From: Klebsormidium nitens
Lineage: Eukaryota > Plantae > Klebsormidiophyceae
Direction: 5' to 3'
Assembly (NCBI GenBank): GCA_000708835.1
Contig: DF237046.1
Coordinates: 8,079-72,078 of the forward strand
DNA length: 64,000 nucleotides
Part shown: piece by piece, positions 24,201 to 36,761 of the stretch
How the letters are laid out: each line of letters starts with the position of its first letter
Position numbering within the stretch: the stretch's first letter is position 1
The notes under the pieces: generated by a model
Databases searched by the model: none
Seen by the model: only the letters and a program-made list of their open reading frames with translations
What the model was told of the DNA's origin: nothing
Program-made: the position numbers and the translations under genes

Positions 24201-27200
24201 AGCACAAAGGGAAAAGGTCTTGTGCGGTGGGACTCTGCACGAGCTTTAGGGACACTGTGGCAGGCCGTTTTCATCAAAGAGACGTCGAAGCTACGAGTAG
24301 GAAGTCTAGGACACGATTCGTCGAGAGGCTTGCAAACACTCTTTCTCACCAAAACCAGATATGTTATACACTCCGGATGAGAGCAGAGGCTCCGTCTCAA
24401 TCACGTCACGATCTGTATACAACAAGGAGTCGTAAGCCTGTCAATTTTCTTCATTCCCTTTTACAGCTGCCAGAATAGTTACGAAGACTGATCGAAACGG
24501 GTGTTCTTCAATCCAGGTTCTTCGAGAGTTCACCAAATGCCAAAGTAAAGTTTAGCCTAGAGTTGAATAAAGTAGAACGAATTAAAGGATCGAGCTTGAC
24601 TCAAAACTGTGCAGGAGGGTGACTTCTTGGAGGAGGTGGCGCGGTTGAGGAGTGCGCTGACGTCAGCGGACACTTCGCTGCGGGAGGCGCAGTCGGACAA
24701 GGCCGCGGCTGAAGGGAGAGCGGATGACGTGGCGCTGGCGCTGCGGAGGGCGGAACGGAAGGTCCGTGACGATCCTCGTGCCTGGATCGAAGTAATCGAA
24801 GAAAGTCGACATGCTCCTGCAGCAAAGCTGAGGAAGGTGGTGGGGGGTAATATGCAAACAAGGCTGCCGCTTGTGCATTTGTACAGGTTGGTGATGCTTT
24901 GATTGCTGAACGAAGTTGAATGTCGGTCCTCTTGCCATGGCAGGTGTACATGTGCCCAATTTGGGCGTCTCATTGTCCTCAATCCTCTTCTGATTTTGTC
25001 TGATATGAACGTCTCTATATATGTCCCTTCCTTACGACGTATGCTGGCTCTTCGGCCTTGTTTGTGCGCTGATTCTAGACCACCTGGCAGTCGTAACCCT
25101 TGACACTCGGCGTCTGACATCTTCTCATCCTCCCGTTCCTCCCGTTTCCCCCGGTCTGCAATCACAAGCAACCGGTCTGCAAGATATAAATCTCTGGGTC
25201 GGAAGCCACCGAAATATAGTACGAGCAGGGTTCCACGTCAACCCGCTGCAGATTGGGTCGCTCTTGTGGTGAAAGAGCACAATTGGCGAAAGGGCCAATG
25301 CGATCAACGGAGACCACTCCGCAAGCATCCAAACCTCAACTCAACATTCATGGCAGTGCGCTACGTTAATTTCGTCCTGCTGTCGCTCAGGTTGCGCTTT
25401 TGGTGAAAGAGCGCGACGGGCTGAAGGCCATTTTGGCGAGCTACGAGGAGGAGGAGGCGCTGGACCGGAGCGAGCAAGGCAAAGACTCCACCGAGGAGGC
25501 CCGGGCGGCCAAGGCTAAGATCCAGCAGCTGGAGACGGAGGTGGCGGCCGGGAGGGAGCGGGAAAAGGAACTAGAGGTGAGGGCGTTTAGAAAGGGCCGT
25601 GTGGGCAACGGTTGTTATTGCTTATCAGAAACTTTTGCGCAAGGTACCAATTTTCAAAATAATCCTGGTCTACTTCAAGATCGCAAAATTATGGCGTAGG
25701 CAAAACTTGGTTTGATCCCGTATCAACCGCAAACAGAAAGTAAAAGTCCGAGGCTGCCGTCGGCTGAAGGCCACCGCAAACCGGCCACGATGGTCTTAAG
25801 AGCGAGGGCAACTCGCGGGCGACTCGAAAGCCGGTGCGAAGCCTTCCGTACAATGGACCGTCAGTGCCGTTGAGGAGCGCACGGGCCGAAGCAGGATACA
25901 AGTTGACCTTGAGCACATAACAGTCGCTGATTTCCAGAAAGTTCCTGTTTAAGAAGCAGCCGAGTTGTCACTAAGTGAGTCTTGATACAGAGGCCAGTGC
26001 CCGTAGCAGTGACGGCCCTCAGTCGGCCGATGCGCTTGTTCGGGGAGCGGCTGCGGCCTGTGTGTCGCGTGCCGGCTCAGTGACTTCCGGCTTATGTCAG
26101 GTTCCAGAGATGTTTATTCAGTTTAGCGAAAGTAAGCTCTAGCAAAAAATAACCTCCCGCACTGACGTTAGGAACCTAGCCCACCAAAGCACTTCCTCCG
26201 CACCCATACCCACCCAAAACCCCCAAGTAAACCCATCCGTCCCGAACTGGTCAGCTTAATCTTGCTAAAGCTTACTTTTGCTACAGCGTATTGCTGCTAC
26301 ATTGAAGCTTCGAGGTCCAGAGCCACCTCCGTAGCTGCGACGTATCTACTCGTAGTAATAGCTGCCTACGACAGTCCGCTGAGCTTCACCGCTCCGATGG
26401 GCAACGAGGACGCCAGGGTCAAAGCAAACGGGCGAGACAAACAAGACAGCATGGAGGCATCACAATTCAGATCGAAAGCGAGGACAAAGAAAACTTTCAT
26501 CTCCTCAGGCGAACCTAGCGGAGGCCACCGGGGGTGCAGCGCAGCAGCGGCAGCGCGCGGACGGGCTGCAGAAGGAACTAGACGCGGCGGCGCGGCGGAA
26601 CAAGGCTCTGGAACGCGAGATGGAGCAGCTGGGCCGGGAGGTTGCGCTACTGGAGTCGCGGGTCGGCAAGGGCGACTACAACCGGGCCACCACCAAGGTA
26701 GGGTCGCCGTTTTTTGTTACGGACGGGGTCGCCGTAGTTTTGTCACGGATGGATTCGGTTTCCCTATTGTAGAGAGGTGCGGATGTTTGGAGTCGCGGGT
26801 CGACAAGGGCGACTACAACCGGGCCACCACCAAGGTAGGGTCGCCGTTTTTGTCATGGATGGCTTCAGTTTCACAAGTTTGGAGTCGCGGGTCGGCAAGG
26901 GCAACTAGAACTGGGCCACCACCAAGGTGCGGGGTCGCCGCTTCCATTTCAAACGGATCCGGTTCTCAAATCGAGGCTGTTAATTTCTGGAGGCGCACGA
27001 GAAATGGCTCAAAATCGTTCGTTTTGCGTCTCTTTTCAGTACAGATGCCGAAGATTTGCAGCAGAAACAGGTTGCCTGGTCCTGCGGAATCATTAAGGCT
27101 GTGTTCTCGCTGGTTGGTGTAACTTGTGCACAAGGAGAGTGGCTAGGAACTTCATCGTTGGATTGGTCTCGTGCTTTGTACTTTGCGAGGGATTGCCAGA

Positions 27201-29908
27201 GATCGTCAGAGGACTCGCTCATCAAGACAAAGCATGACGCTGACGCTGCGAGTACGAGTCTACCTTTGTCACCAAGTGTGTCAGGTTTTCTTATGCGGTC
27301 ACAGAGGTGCTTCTAGCCTCAGGACTCGTTCTGTCACTCTCGCCAAGCCGCCACGTGTCGTCCTTTCAGGTGCTCCACCTGGCTCTCAACCCGGAGGTGG
27401 AAGCCCGGCGGACGCTGGCCAAGGACTCGCTAGAGGCCGAAGTCGAGGAGCTGCGCGCCAAGGTGGGCTCCTCTGTCATGGGTCTGTTTGCAGGGGTTGG
27501 GTGCGGGTTCCAACTTTAAGGACTCCGACGATCTGCTTACAGGGAACCTGTTTCCAGCAGATTGTATGGATCCAGCAATTTGTACGGAGTAAGGGCAGAA
27601 CCGTGCGTACGTCGATCACGAAGCTTTTCTCTTAATTGCGCGTTGATGAACTCTACATTTTCTGATATATTCCTTCGGAGAATACCGTTGATCTTTGCTG
27701 AGTCCTAAACTAGTTACATTTTGACTCATTACTTGAATCTTCTGTATCTGCACTCGAGCCCTGACTGAAGCACCACCCGTCACATACAAATGTTTCACGT
27801 GTACTTGCGACAGGTGAAGCAACTAGAGGAGGAGGCACGGACTGGTTCTCGGTCCCCGGGGGAGGATCACCAGGTGGCGGAAGCCACGGAGGCGTCTGCG
27901 CAGGTGGCGGCACTGACCAACCGGGTCAACGCCATGGAGAAGCGGGAGAACAGGTGAGAAAGGCGGGACGGGTGGACGAGCAGATTCAAAGAGCACCTTC
28001 TGAAGATTGTATTCCCCGTGCACATTACAAAACTTCCCATTCTGGAAAAGTTCCACTGCGGGTCATTCTGGCAAGATGTTCTCCCGAGCTTGAGCGAGTC
28101 AGAAAGCAACAGATTCACGTGGAAGCTCAGAGAACATCTTCGAGATGTATGTCAGCAGTCTCACCAGTAAGCTCCCAGCGCGCGCAGGTACAAGCAGGTG
28201 TTTGCGGACAAGATCGCGGTGTTCCGGCAGGCGTGCACGCACCTGTTTGGCTACGGCATCGAGATGAGCGACTCGCAGGATGCCGCTACGGGTGCGCCCA
28301 TCGCCACCTTTACCATCACGTCAATCTACGCCGACGACGAAGAGTGAGCCGCCGGGCCCAGCCATTTATGTGTTTTATTGAAGAAGATTCTCCTTTTTCT
28401 ACAAGTCTTTCACGTCCTTCTGTGACAAGCTTTCTTGTCGCCATCCCATTCTGACCCTTTGGAGGACGATGGATGAGCCGTGCGCTCGTGTCGTCCTTTT
28501 TCCATGACCTCGATTTTCCCCACCTGCTCTGTTACATGCCAAGGAGAGGAGAGTTGCAGGCCCATGCTCCTTGCCAGACAAGTTTTTACATACTTAAATA
28601 TGGGAGATCGTTTTGGAGAGCGAATCACTTCATGTGATCTTCAAAGACGGGGTTCCTTTCTTCCTCCTTTCCCTTCGCTCCTTTACCTTCTAATTCCGGA
28701 CATCATCAATCTACTAAAAAGTCGTCCACGAAAATTCGCTACGGGCCTCTTGCGGCAATGATATCGGTTCTTTCATTCTTGCTCGCGCAATTCTACAAGA
28801 CCATCTATGCTGGCAGCGAAGAGGACCACTCGCCTCCGTCTCAATCTGATCCTCCCTTCAATCCTGTAATCCGTTCTGGTTCTCGAGTACTTCGTCATTA
28901 TTTTTGCCGTACCTCGAACAAGATTGAATCTCTGGGTAGGTAACAAGGCTGCAGAAAAGGAGTTGCGGCGAATAACTCTTCTTGGAGACGACCGATAAAG
29001 CACATCCTTGACAGAAGCTAGTTGCGTACAAGCACAAAAGGCCTGCCATTGCATCTTCCTTTGCGCGCCAGAAAACAATTAGGAGCACTGCTCTTGGCTG
29101 CGGTGGTATCTTACAGACAAGCGCCTCTCCGCTCGTCCAATTGACCTGCTACTTTTCCTCAAAGCCATAAATCGTGTTGCAGGGACCGGCTGATGTTCCA
29201 GTACCGTGAGGGCACCATGGACATGCTCGCTACTGACTTCTCGAGAACACCCGAAATGGTGCGACAGGTAGGCCACCGAATATTGCCAGCATGCAACGGA
29301 ACAAAGAACGTCGCTGTTCAGTGGTCCAAGCAGGTATGCACCATGAGGGCAGATGTAAACAGCGAGACAGAACTTGTTTCTGCTGGGAATCTTGCCGACC
29401 TGGCGAGTCGGGCGCAAAATCTGGTCTTTCTTATACGTCCTGCTTGTAGCTAGTTGACGAATCATGTCGATTGTGGGGTGTGCTGTGAAGCTACCACCAT
29501 GACAAAGAGCAGCTGCCAATGAAGCATCTTCTTATAATCGCTCCCTTCGCACCTCTTCCCATCTGAACCGTCAAACGAGCCTAACCGCCAACAGGGTGCT
29601 TATCGTACTGCTGCCCACTCTTAGTGAGAGCTAGAGAGGATGCAACTTTTGTGTCCGAAGCCTCCGAACCCGTTAAGGAGAGAAAGATCATGTTGCATTA
29701 TTGTGATTATAATTGGGAGAAGAGTTTGAGTCTAAGCCCGGGGGGCTATCTTGCCGCGCTAAGTAGGTTCTTTATGTGTCAAGGCCCTTTCCCTCCTGAT
29801 TGTGTTCGAAACTTGCAGGTAAACGTGTTCCTTGACAGGTTCAAGTCGATACCTGCTCTCACCGCAAATCTTACTGTTGAACTATTCAACAAGCACACGG
29901 TTACCTAG
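21220..29908 (+). CDS. MAD1: Mitotic spindle assembly checkpoint protein MAD1 (multi-exon)
   Basis: The first exon 21220-21924 has the plant MAD1 motif LCCTYECTNMVKREVL, followed by long coiled-coil exons. The MAD2-interaction motif TTK|VLHLALNP is split by intron 26698-27369. The C-terminal region EKRENRYKQVFADKIAVFRQACTHLFGY...SIYADDEEDRLMFQY...FKSIPALTANLTVELFNK ends at TAG 29906-29908. Not all internal exon boundaries were verified. Confidence 0.93.
26651..26940 (+). repeat. Triplicated exon 3' end plus 5' splice site within a MAD1 intron
   Basis: A 47-nt unit tggagtcgcgggtcggcaagggcgactacaaccgggccaccaccaag followed by GT occurs at 26651-26697 (true exon end), 26788-26834 (1 mismatch) and 26880-26926 (3 mismatches). 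Confidence 0.92.
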
Positions 29909-31170
29909 GCCTTCATGCTCGTCAGGGAAGGCCTACTCTTACAGTGGCCGGAAGATGTGCAAAAGTACGAGGTGCTGAATAAACAGCGCGAGCAAGTAAG
30001 AACTGTTGAACGTGTCAGAGTGACATACGAAAGAGTGCTTGATTTATAAGGACAGGAAGGCAAAAGGAACATCTTGATCCATAATTGAGAAAAATCGTCC
30101 TAGCTTCCAAGGCTGGAATGCCTGTACACAAAACTAGCTTTTGGTGCGGCTTTGCATATCATGGAATCTTCTTGTGAGTGGGGTTTGTAAATGCTGCCTA
30201 CCAGGGCCCGGCCGCCTTTGTAACTGCGCTGTGCCGCACTCTGCACGAGACAACTACATGTGGATCCTACGTTTTCGGCAGTTCCAAGTCTTCAATCCCA
30301 TTTATCTCGGAGCTCACGGTGAGCGTGGTGTCCTCAAGCAAGCTGTTGAATATTCGTCTGATATAGTATCGTAATACTTTCAGCACGCCCGCTTCAATTT
30401 CCGACGAAGACGGAAAGTTGTAACCAACCTCTTGCCAGTTGCCGACCATGATGGTTTCATTACACATTCGTTCATGGTTTCATTGATTGATCATTGGACA
30501 ATATCAACTTCTATCATGATGCATTTAGGTTGCTTGCCACGTGGTCACAATCGAAGCCTTTGATTGGGCCGATGATCGACTTGGCCCCGCTTGGCCCCTA
30601 GTGCATAATGCAGATTTCGGCATTCTAATTTCTGGGGTAGAGTATTTCCGGGTGTGCATAGTACGTACTACGTAACTCAGGCTCCGAGCGGCGAGGCTAT
30701 CCCCGACTCCAGCGACCAATACTCGCGCCAGCTCAGTAGGTAGGTACTGTCAGACCGGTAGGCATCATACCTACCGGCCCAATTTATTTTCAATCCTTGC
30801 GATGGCCGGGGCCCGGTACTGGACTTGGAGTCTGGACCCTTGCTACCCCTGCTGAGACGCCTTTCAGCAGGATTGCGTCCTGACTCCTGGGCCCCTGCCC
30901 TGGCCCGTCATGAATGCGAAGGGAAGGTGCTGGTTACTGGTACTGCAGTACGTTGACCTTATCTGCATTCGAAAATCTTGAGCGACAGTGGACCCTGCTT
31001 CAGCTGAATCAAGTTTGTAGTCCTAGCACTGGCAGCTCGACTCCCTTCACATTTCCTTCACAAGCTCCTGGGGCCAGGAAAGTGTTGCACATTCACACTC
31101 TGAAAGGACGCCTCCTCTGTCCTTCTCCAGTGCAGAGCATTGCCCTTTAGCTGCATATTGAAATTTCTCA

Positions 31171-34100
31171 ATGGCGCCACTTCCTGATTGGGTCCCAAAG
31201 GCAGACGACCTCGAATATGGCCACAAGCGAGTGTTGGCCATTGACGGTGGCGGTATTCGTGGGATCCTTGTCGGTGAGCTGCGCCGGCCTTGTCATGTGA
31301 TGCAATGCTTTATTCGCACTTTGCATTCATTGATCCAAAGCGCAGAGATTTCTGGAGTTAATTGCATTGTATTACCATCACCAACAAGAAGGGTCGAAGA
31401 ACTTACTTGAATGTATCTTAGCAATTGCTTATGCATGGTCATCCTTCTTTGCCACGCCCTTGCGGCATTTGACTATTGCATAGCCTCCATTCGCAGCTGT
31501 GCTCGTGGTCTGCTCATCACTGTAAGCCTAGCTGTCTATTTCCTGCTGAGCATTATGAATACAGGTGGACCTCTGCCCTTGTTCTGGCACCTGAACCTCA
31601 TCAGCTTCATCTCAATCGGCGCAGCCTGTTATTGTGTCTTGTAGCACTTACCGCCAATGTCCTTTCTGGCAGGGGTGGTCCTGGAGTACTTGGAACAGGC
31701 CATCTTGGAAGTGTTGAAGGAGGACAAGAAGCACGCCAATCTCACACGACAGGATATCTACTTGGCAGGTAGGCCTCTCAAGGTACAAAGTGGATTGGCA
31801 CCAGAATGTGGATTCTGCCTTCGATTTGGGGTTCACTTCAGCCTACAAAAGCTGGCAATCGGCGCATGCTTTCAGACAACCTGGTCTTAAAGATTGTCAC
31901 TGGACCCCAAGAGAACAAACACCTTCTTTGGCTTTGCACTAATTGGTGCATCCCAGGTTTTTGCAAGTGCAAGGTCTTCAACAACGTGCGACCTATGCCT
32001 CCTCATTGTACCTCTACGTGACGCACTTCCTCCTGTGCATCTCTTTGCTCCTTACTTGATGCTTTTTCTCTTGCGTCTTTAGACTTGCCGCCTAATGCTC
32101 ATGCGGTCTTTGCATCTGTCGAAAATCTTCCAACATTTGTCCTCCTTGCCTGCAATGCACTCCCCTTACTCAATTTGCAGATTACTTTGACATCATTGCT
32201 GGAACATCTACCGGCGGGCTTCTGGCTCTCTATCTGGCGGCGCGGGGAGACACTTATGACGAGTTGGGCGACATGGGGAGGCTGGGGCTAGAGAGGGAAA
32301 TGCGGGAAGAGCCCAACAATCCAAAGCATCACAGGAAGGTAAGGCAATCAAGCAGGGGAGTACGAACCATTGAGCTATGCCTTTGGAACCAAACCAACCT
32401 AGCGGAGTCAAGCAATGCCTGGGTCTTAACTGAGATGGACTTGCTACCCCCCTGGGTGTCTTCTTTTGGCATTTGATAATAGGCAAAGGACAGCAATCAG
32501 ACTCGATTCTGTGCATTGGAACCGGGTGAGTTTTGTGTTTAGAAACCAGGATGGGCTAACAAGCCTTATTGAAAGAAGGTACTTTCAATACCGAAGAAAG
32601 TTTCTTCACTACAATTTAGTCGGAAGGCCAAATGTAAAGATGCGACCTTGCTTGGCAGGGAGGAGCGACTGCAGCTCTGCAAATGTACCGAGCAAATGCT
32701 ACGAAAATCTTCAAGAAGAAGGTGCCTGGCTGGAGTAAGGAAGCCCATCCTGAACTTCCCGCTTTTCAAGCTGCAATTTTTGTTGCATAGGATGCATCGC
32801 TGTGCACATCTGGACTCCGGCTAGGCCGCTTCAACTTGCCAGAAATCCAGACAAGTCAGATTGCTCTTGTCTAAGATAGCGGCAGGTCGTTCCCCACCTG
32901 CTACGGACACTGATGGGATCCTGTCTGTTGCTTTGCAGTCCCTGGAGTCGAGGCAATCAACAACGCCCTCTGTGGTTCCAAGTACGGCTGGAAAGGTATC
33001 GAGGGGGTTTTGCGCGAGGTCTTTGGGGACGACGAGGGGCGGAATCCCATGCTCAAGCTGACGGACCTGACGGTGAGTCTCAATCACTAATGTAATCCGT
33101 TGATCCCAGCAGCTGCAGAAAGGTGGCATTTGCAAGGTGTTTCGCTACCCCCCATCTTTTGCTGTTGCCACACTCTGCTGCAGATAAGGTTCGACATGCC
33201 TTCTTGTTTCAGGGGATACTGAGATCACTGCTTTCAAGTGTTCCCTTCAGGCAGTCTTTGCTGCAGTGTGTTACTAGGACGCCCTTCTTGGACTGATGTA
33301 AGTCAAGGGTGACCACGGCTGTTCGACAAACGCAATGGCTGCCCATTCGACCGTGAGTCCCACTTCCCATCCAGGGCTCGGTACTGATTCCCAGCTTCGA
33401 AACCAAGAAGACCTCCCCCTTCACCTTCTCCTACAACAAGTACACTGGCCGGTCCGGCTTCACTTACATGGCCAACGACCCTGTGGGCCGCTACGGGGCG
33501 GACGAGCTGCGCAACTTCAAGGCGGACTTCCCCCTCTGGCAGGTGGCACGCGCCACGTCAGCAGCACCCACCTTCTTCCCAGGTGCGAGCTTCCACCCCC
33601 CCTTATTAACACTCCGCTCCGAAAGATAGTCCTTGTGAGCTTCATGACACGTTTGTTGGTGCGCCGTAAAGCCTCCGTTGTCTTTTTGAGAGTGCGCTTC
33701 AGAAGTTCGTAGCGCAAGGAAGATGTCGGACTCCAATTCTGGTGGCATGGAAGACAATGGCCCACCGCGTTTTCCATCTTCTTCCACCGTGTTTAGACTT
33801 CGGTGCCGATCCTGACGGACTGATGGAGGTCGATGCAACGTAGGCAGTCACTTTGGCCGGATAAGAGCATCTGTCTAAGAGTTTCTCGAACACGAGCCTG
33901 TCCTCCGACCGAGTCATGTCCCCATTCTTGCGTGGTCCTGTCCAGCAGGTCGATCTCACCATCTCGGCAGTTAAGACCTTGCCGTGTGAAGAAGCTGTTT
34001 CATGCAGTGCTCTGGCTCGCGTCCTCCTTTGAGCAGCACTCTTGACTCCAGCATTCAAGGTTGACTGACGTCAACGGCCGCAGCTTTCGTTTGCAACCTA

Positions 34101-36761
34101 TATAGCATATGTAACCAACGTTGTCTAAGTTCACACGGCCACCTGTGCACTTCTTTCCCAAGCTTTGGGGTTGAGCTGTCTGAAATCAGACCTGTGTCTG
34201 CAGTCGCTATCGTGAGCCCCTATGGGGATCCCCCAGTCAACAAAGAAGGCGTGAAGCCCCCTGAGTTTCCATACGAGCTGATCGACGGGGGAGTGGTTGC
34301 CAACGACCCCGCCTTTCAGGTGAGCATATTCGCGCCTGGGTCTCCAGTCCCCTGTCCTTGAAACCCTGCATTTTAAAAGGCGCGGAAACCCTTCCACGCT
34401 TCGACTGATGTGGCGGTTACAGAGGCACAACCAGGCAGGCCAAAAGCATCCAGGCTGGAACTGCTTTCGGAGTGTCTCCAACTGAATCTGGCTGTTCTGA
34501 AGGAGGGCACTCAGGATCATAACTGCCCGCTCGACTCGTGAGATGTTTTCGATCCGGCTTCGGGCGGCCAGTTGAAAAAGACTTTTACTACGAACACTTC
34601 TGGCAAACCAATACGGCCGGACGATCGAACGTGGTCAAAGGAGTGGGCGGCACGTTGGGAGCCGCAAGCCTTCTCCTCGTGAGAGCAATTTGAAGCAGGC
34701 CGGCAAGCTGGGCCGAAGTCAACGAAAGACCTGCGCGCATGCTCGCAAGGGACACCATGAGAAAGGCAAATGCCCTGACTCTTTCCGTTACCGTTCCCCA
34801 CAGGCCGTCTTGGTCCAGGCCCGCATGTACGGCGCGCACCTGAAGGAGAAAAATGCTATGAACGCCGATGATTGGCTGCTGCCCACAGACTTCGCGGTCT
34901 TGTCACTTGGGTAAGTGCCGCTCTAGTTTGTGGCAACCGTCGTCTGGGCGAGGCTGGCGTTCGCAGTAGACCGACAACAATCTCCGGGCTGGCTTTTGTA
35001 GGTCGCCCTTCACAAGGCGCGCCCCTCAAAAGCTAGGGCTGTTGAGATATCTGAGACGCTCTCTCAGAGGTTGGTAACAGCAGTTCAATGAGACCTGTCG
35101 AGACGCCGATTGCTTGTGCATCCGCCAGTTTTATGAGTCTACACTGTCTCTGACCCTGTTCACAAAAGTCACGGATTCGCAGTGAAACGCCTCTCTTTTG
35201 CAGAGCTTAATGATTGCTTCAGGACGCTCAATCATTTCGATGCTCCGGTCGATTCTCACCGCTTTCTGAAGACGGCCCGACTTGTTCCGCAAACCTAGTT
35301 GCAGTCCGGTTATGATGGTTCCCTCATCATATACCGTCCTTGAAGGCTTTCAACGAAGACATCTGCCTCGTAGCACGCTCTTTGTTAACGACTTTGTCGA
35401 GGCTGCCCCATATTCTACCGATACGTAAACGTTGAGGGTCACGCTTGGCGCTCCGGCTTGAACCTCTGGTTGCGTCAGACTCACTTTGAGAATAATATTG
35501 CCGTCAACTACTGCGGTGCTCGTGCTTCTGCCTGGTTAAAACAATGCACAAGTCTTTTAACAGTGCACAAGTCTGGCCTGCAGGACCGGCACCGTCAAGT
35601 CGGCGGCTAACCAGGGGCGGGGGGCACAGCTGTCAATCGTGGCTGACCTCGTCACCAAGGTCCTGATGAGCGGCGCATCCGATCTAGTTCACAGCTACTT
35701 CATGGCAATGATGGTAAGGCACAGCACCAAGACCTTAAACGCAGACCTTAAACTGAGGATTTGTCGAAAGATGTGAACACCACGATTTGACGGTTGTCCA
35801 CTTATCTACACATTTATCGACGGATCCAAGATTGCGTCTCCTCAGTCCATAGTGAATCTCATATAGCTTTCGTCATAGTTGGCCATCTGTTACAGCCATG
35901 TCTTGACTGGAAAGAGGCACGACACCAGAACAGGTCAGGTATCCATCAGGTATTCTCGCAGGAGCGATTACGATGTAAGCAGCCGGAATGTCGAATGTCG
36001 CTTTGTTTCGGGAGTGCTGCCCGATTCGAAGCCTGACCCAAAGTCGATATCAGCCACGTGGTGAAACCGCCCAATATCCGCTTCCCATTTGACAGCAGAT
36101 CCTTCTAATCGCATCTGTCAAAGCTGGGAGGCCTGGCACTCTTTATTTTGCCCTTGGTCGAAGTCAAAGAGCCCGCTAGCATTGATCGGTCAGCTTCATC
36201 ACCTCCTTTACTTCAGACCTTCTCCTGGAAGGAGAATCCTTTCTTACCACATCTTCCAATGACTTCTAAGATTTGAACTTGAGGACTCTACCTGTAAGGA
36301 CGGCAGACGAGACAGCACCTTTGTATTCCCCGAGTTTGGCGTCTATCTCAGCGCTTCACTTGAGCTCAACGACCAGCTTTCATTTTTCCTCTTCTTAGGG
36401 CAACCTCCCAAAGGGCTCGGAGGGCCGTGACCAGTTCGAGCGCAACCCACCGTGCCCTTATCTGCGCATCCAAAAGACGGACACCAGCACCGACGACCCG
36501 AAAGAACTCGAAAAACTGGCGGACGACGTCCTCCGCAAAGCGCAGAAAGACGTGACGGCCGACGAGCGCAACACCTACAAGAAGTGCCTGAGTGCCATGG
36601 ATGACGTCAGCGACAAGAACATGGACATGCTGGAGCATATCGGCGACTTCCTGGGGCGTTACTATACCGGGCGGCCGCTGGGGGACAGGCTGGAGCGGCC
36701 CAACCTGCTGAAGAACTATGTGCGGGAGTACCTGCTCGCCCCGAAGAAGAAGAAGAACTAA
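31171..36761 (+). CDS. Patatin-like phospholipase A (pPLA family), multi-exon
   Basis: Oxyanion motif RVLAIDGGGIRG, nucleophile DYFDIIAGTSTGG, ARATSAAPTFFP, catalytic ELIDGGVVANDP, VLSLGTG, YLRIQ and MDD are present. Reconstructed exons include 31171-31273, 31673-31768 and 32180-32338, and the last exon ends at TAA 36759-36761. Confidence 0.93.

Noticed and set aside
26651-26940. Repeat-spacer-repeat layout superficially like a CRISPR array
   Set aside because: The context is eukaryotic and intronic, the repeats are exon sequence, the spacers are unequal and partly self-similar, and there are no cas genes.
26262-27122. 286-aa ORF inside MAD1
   Set aside because: It reads the true exon in the wrong frame and runs through intron sequence. 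The LESRVDKGDYNRATTK match comes from the duplicated exon end.
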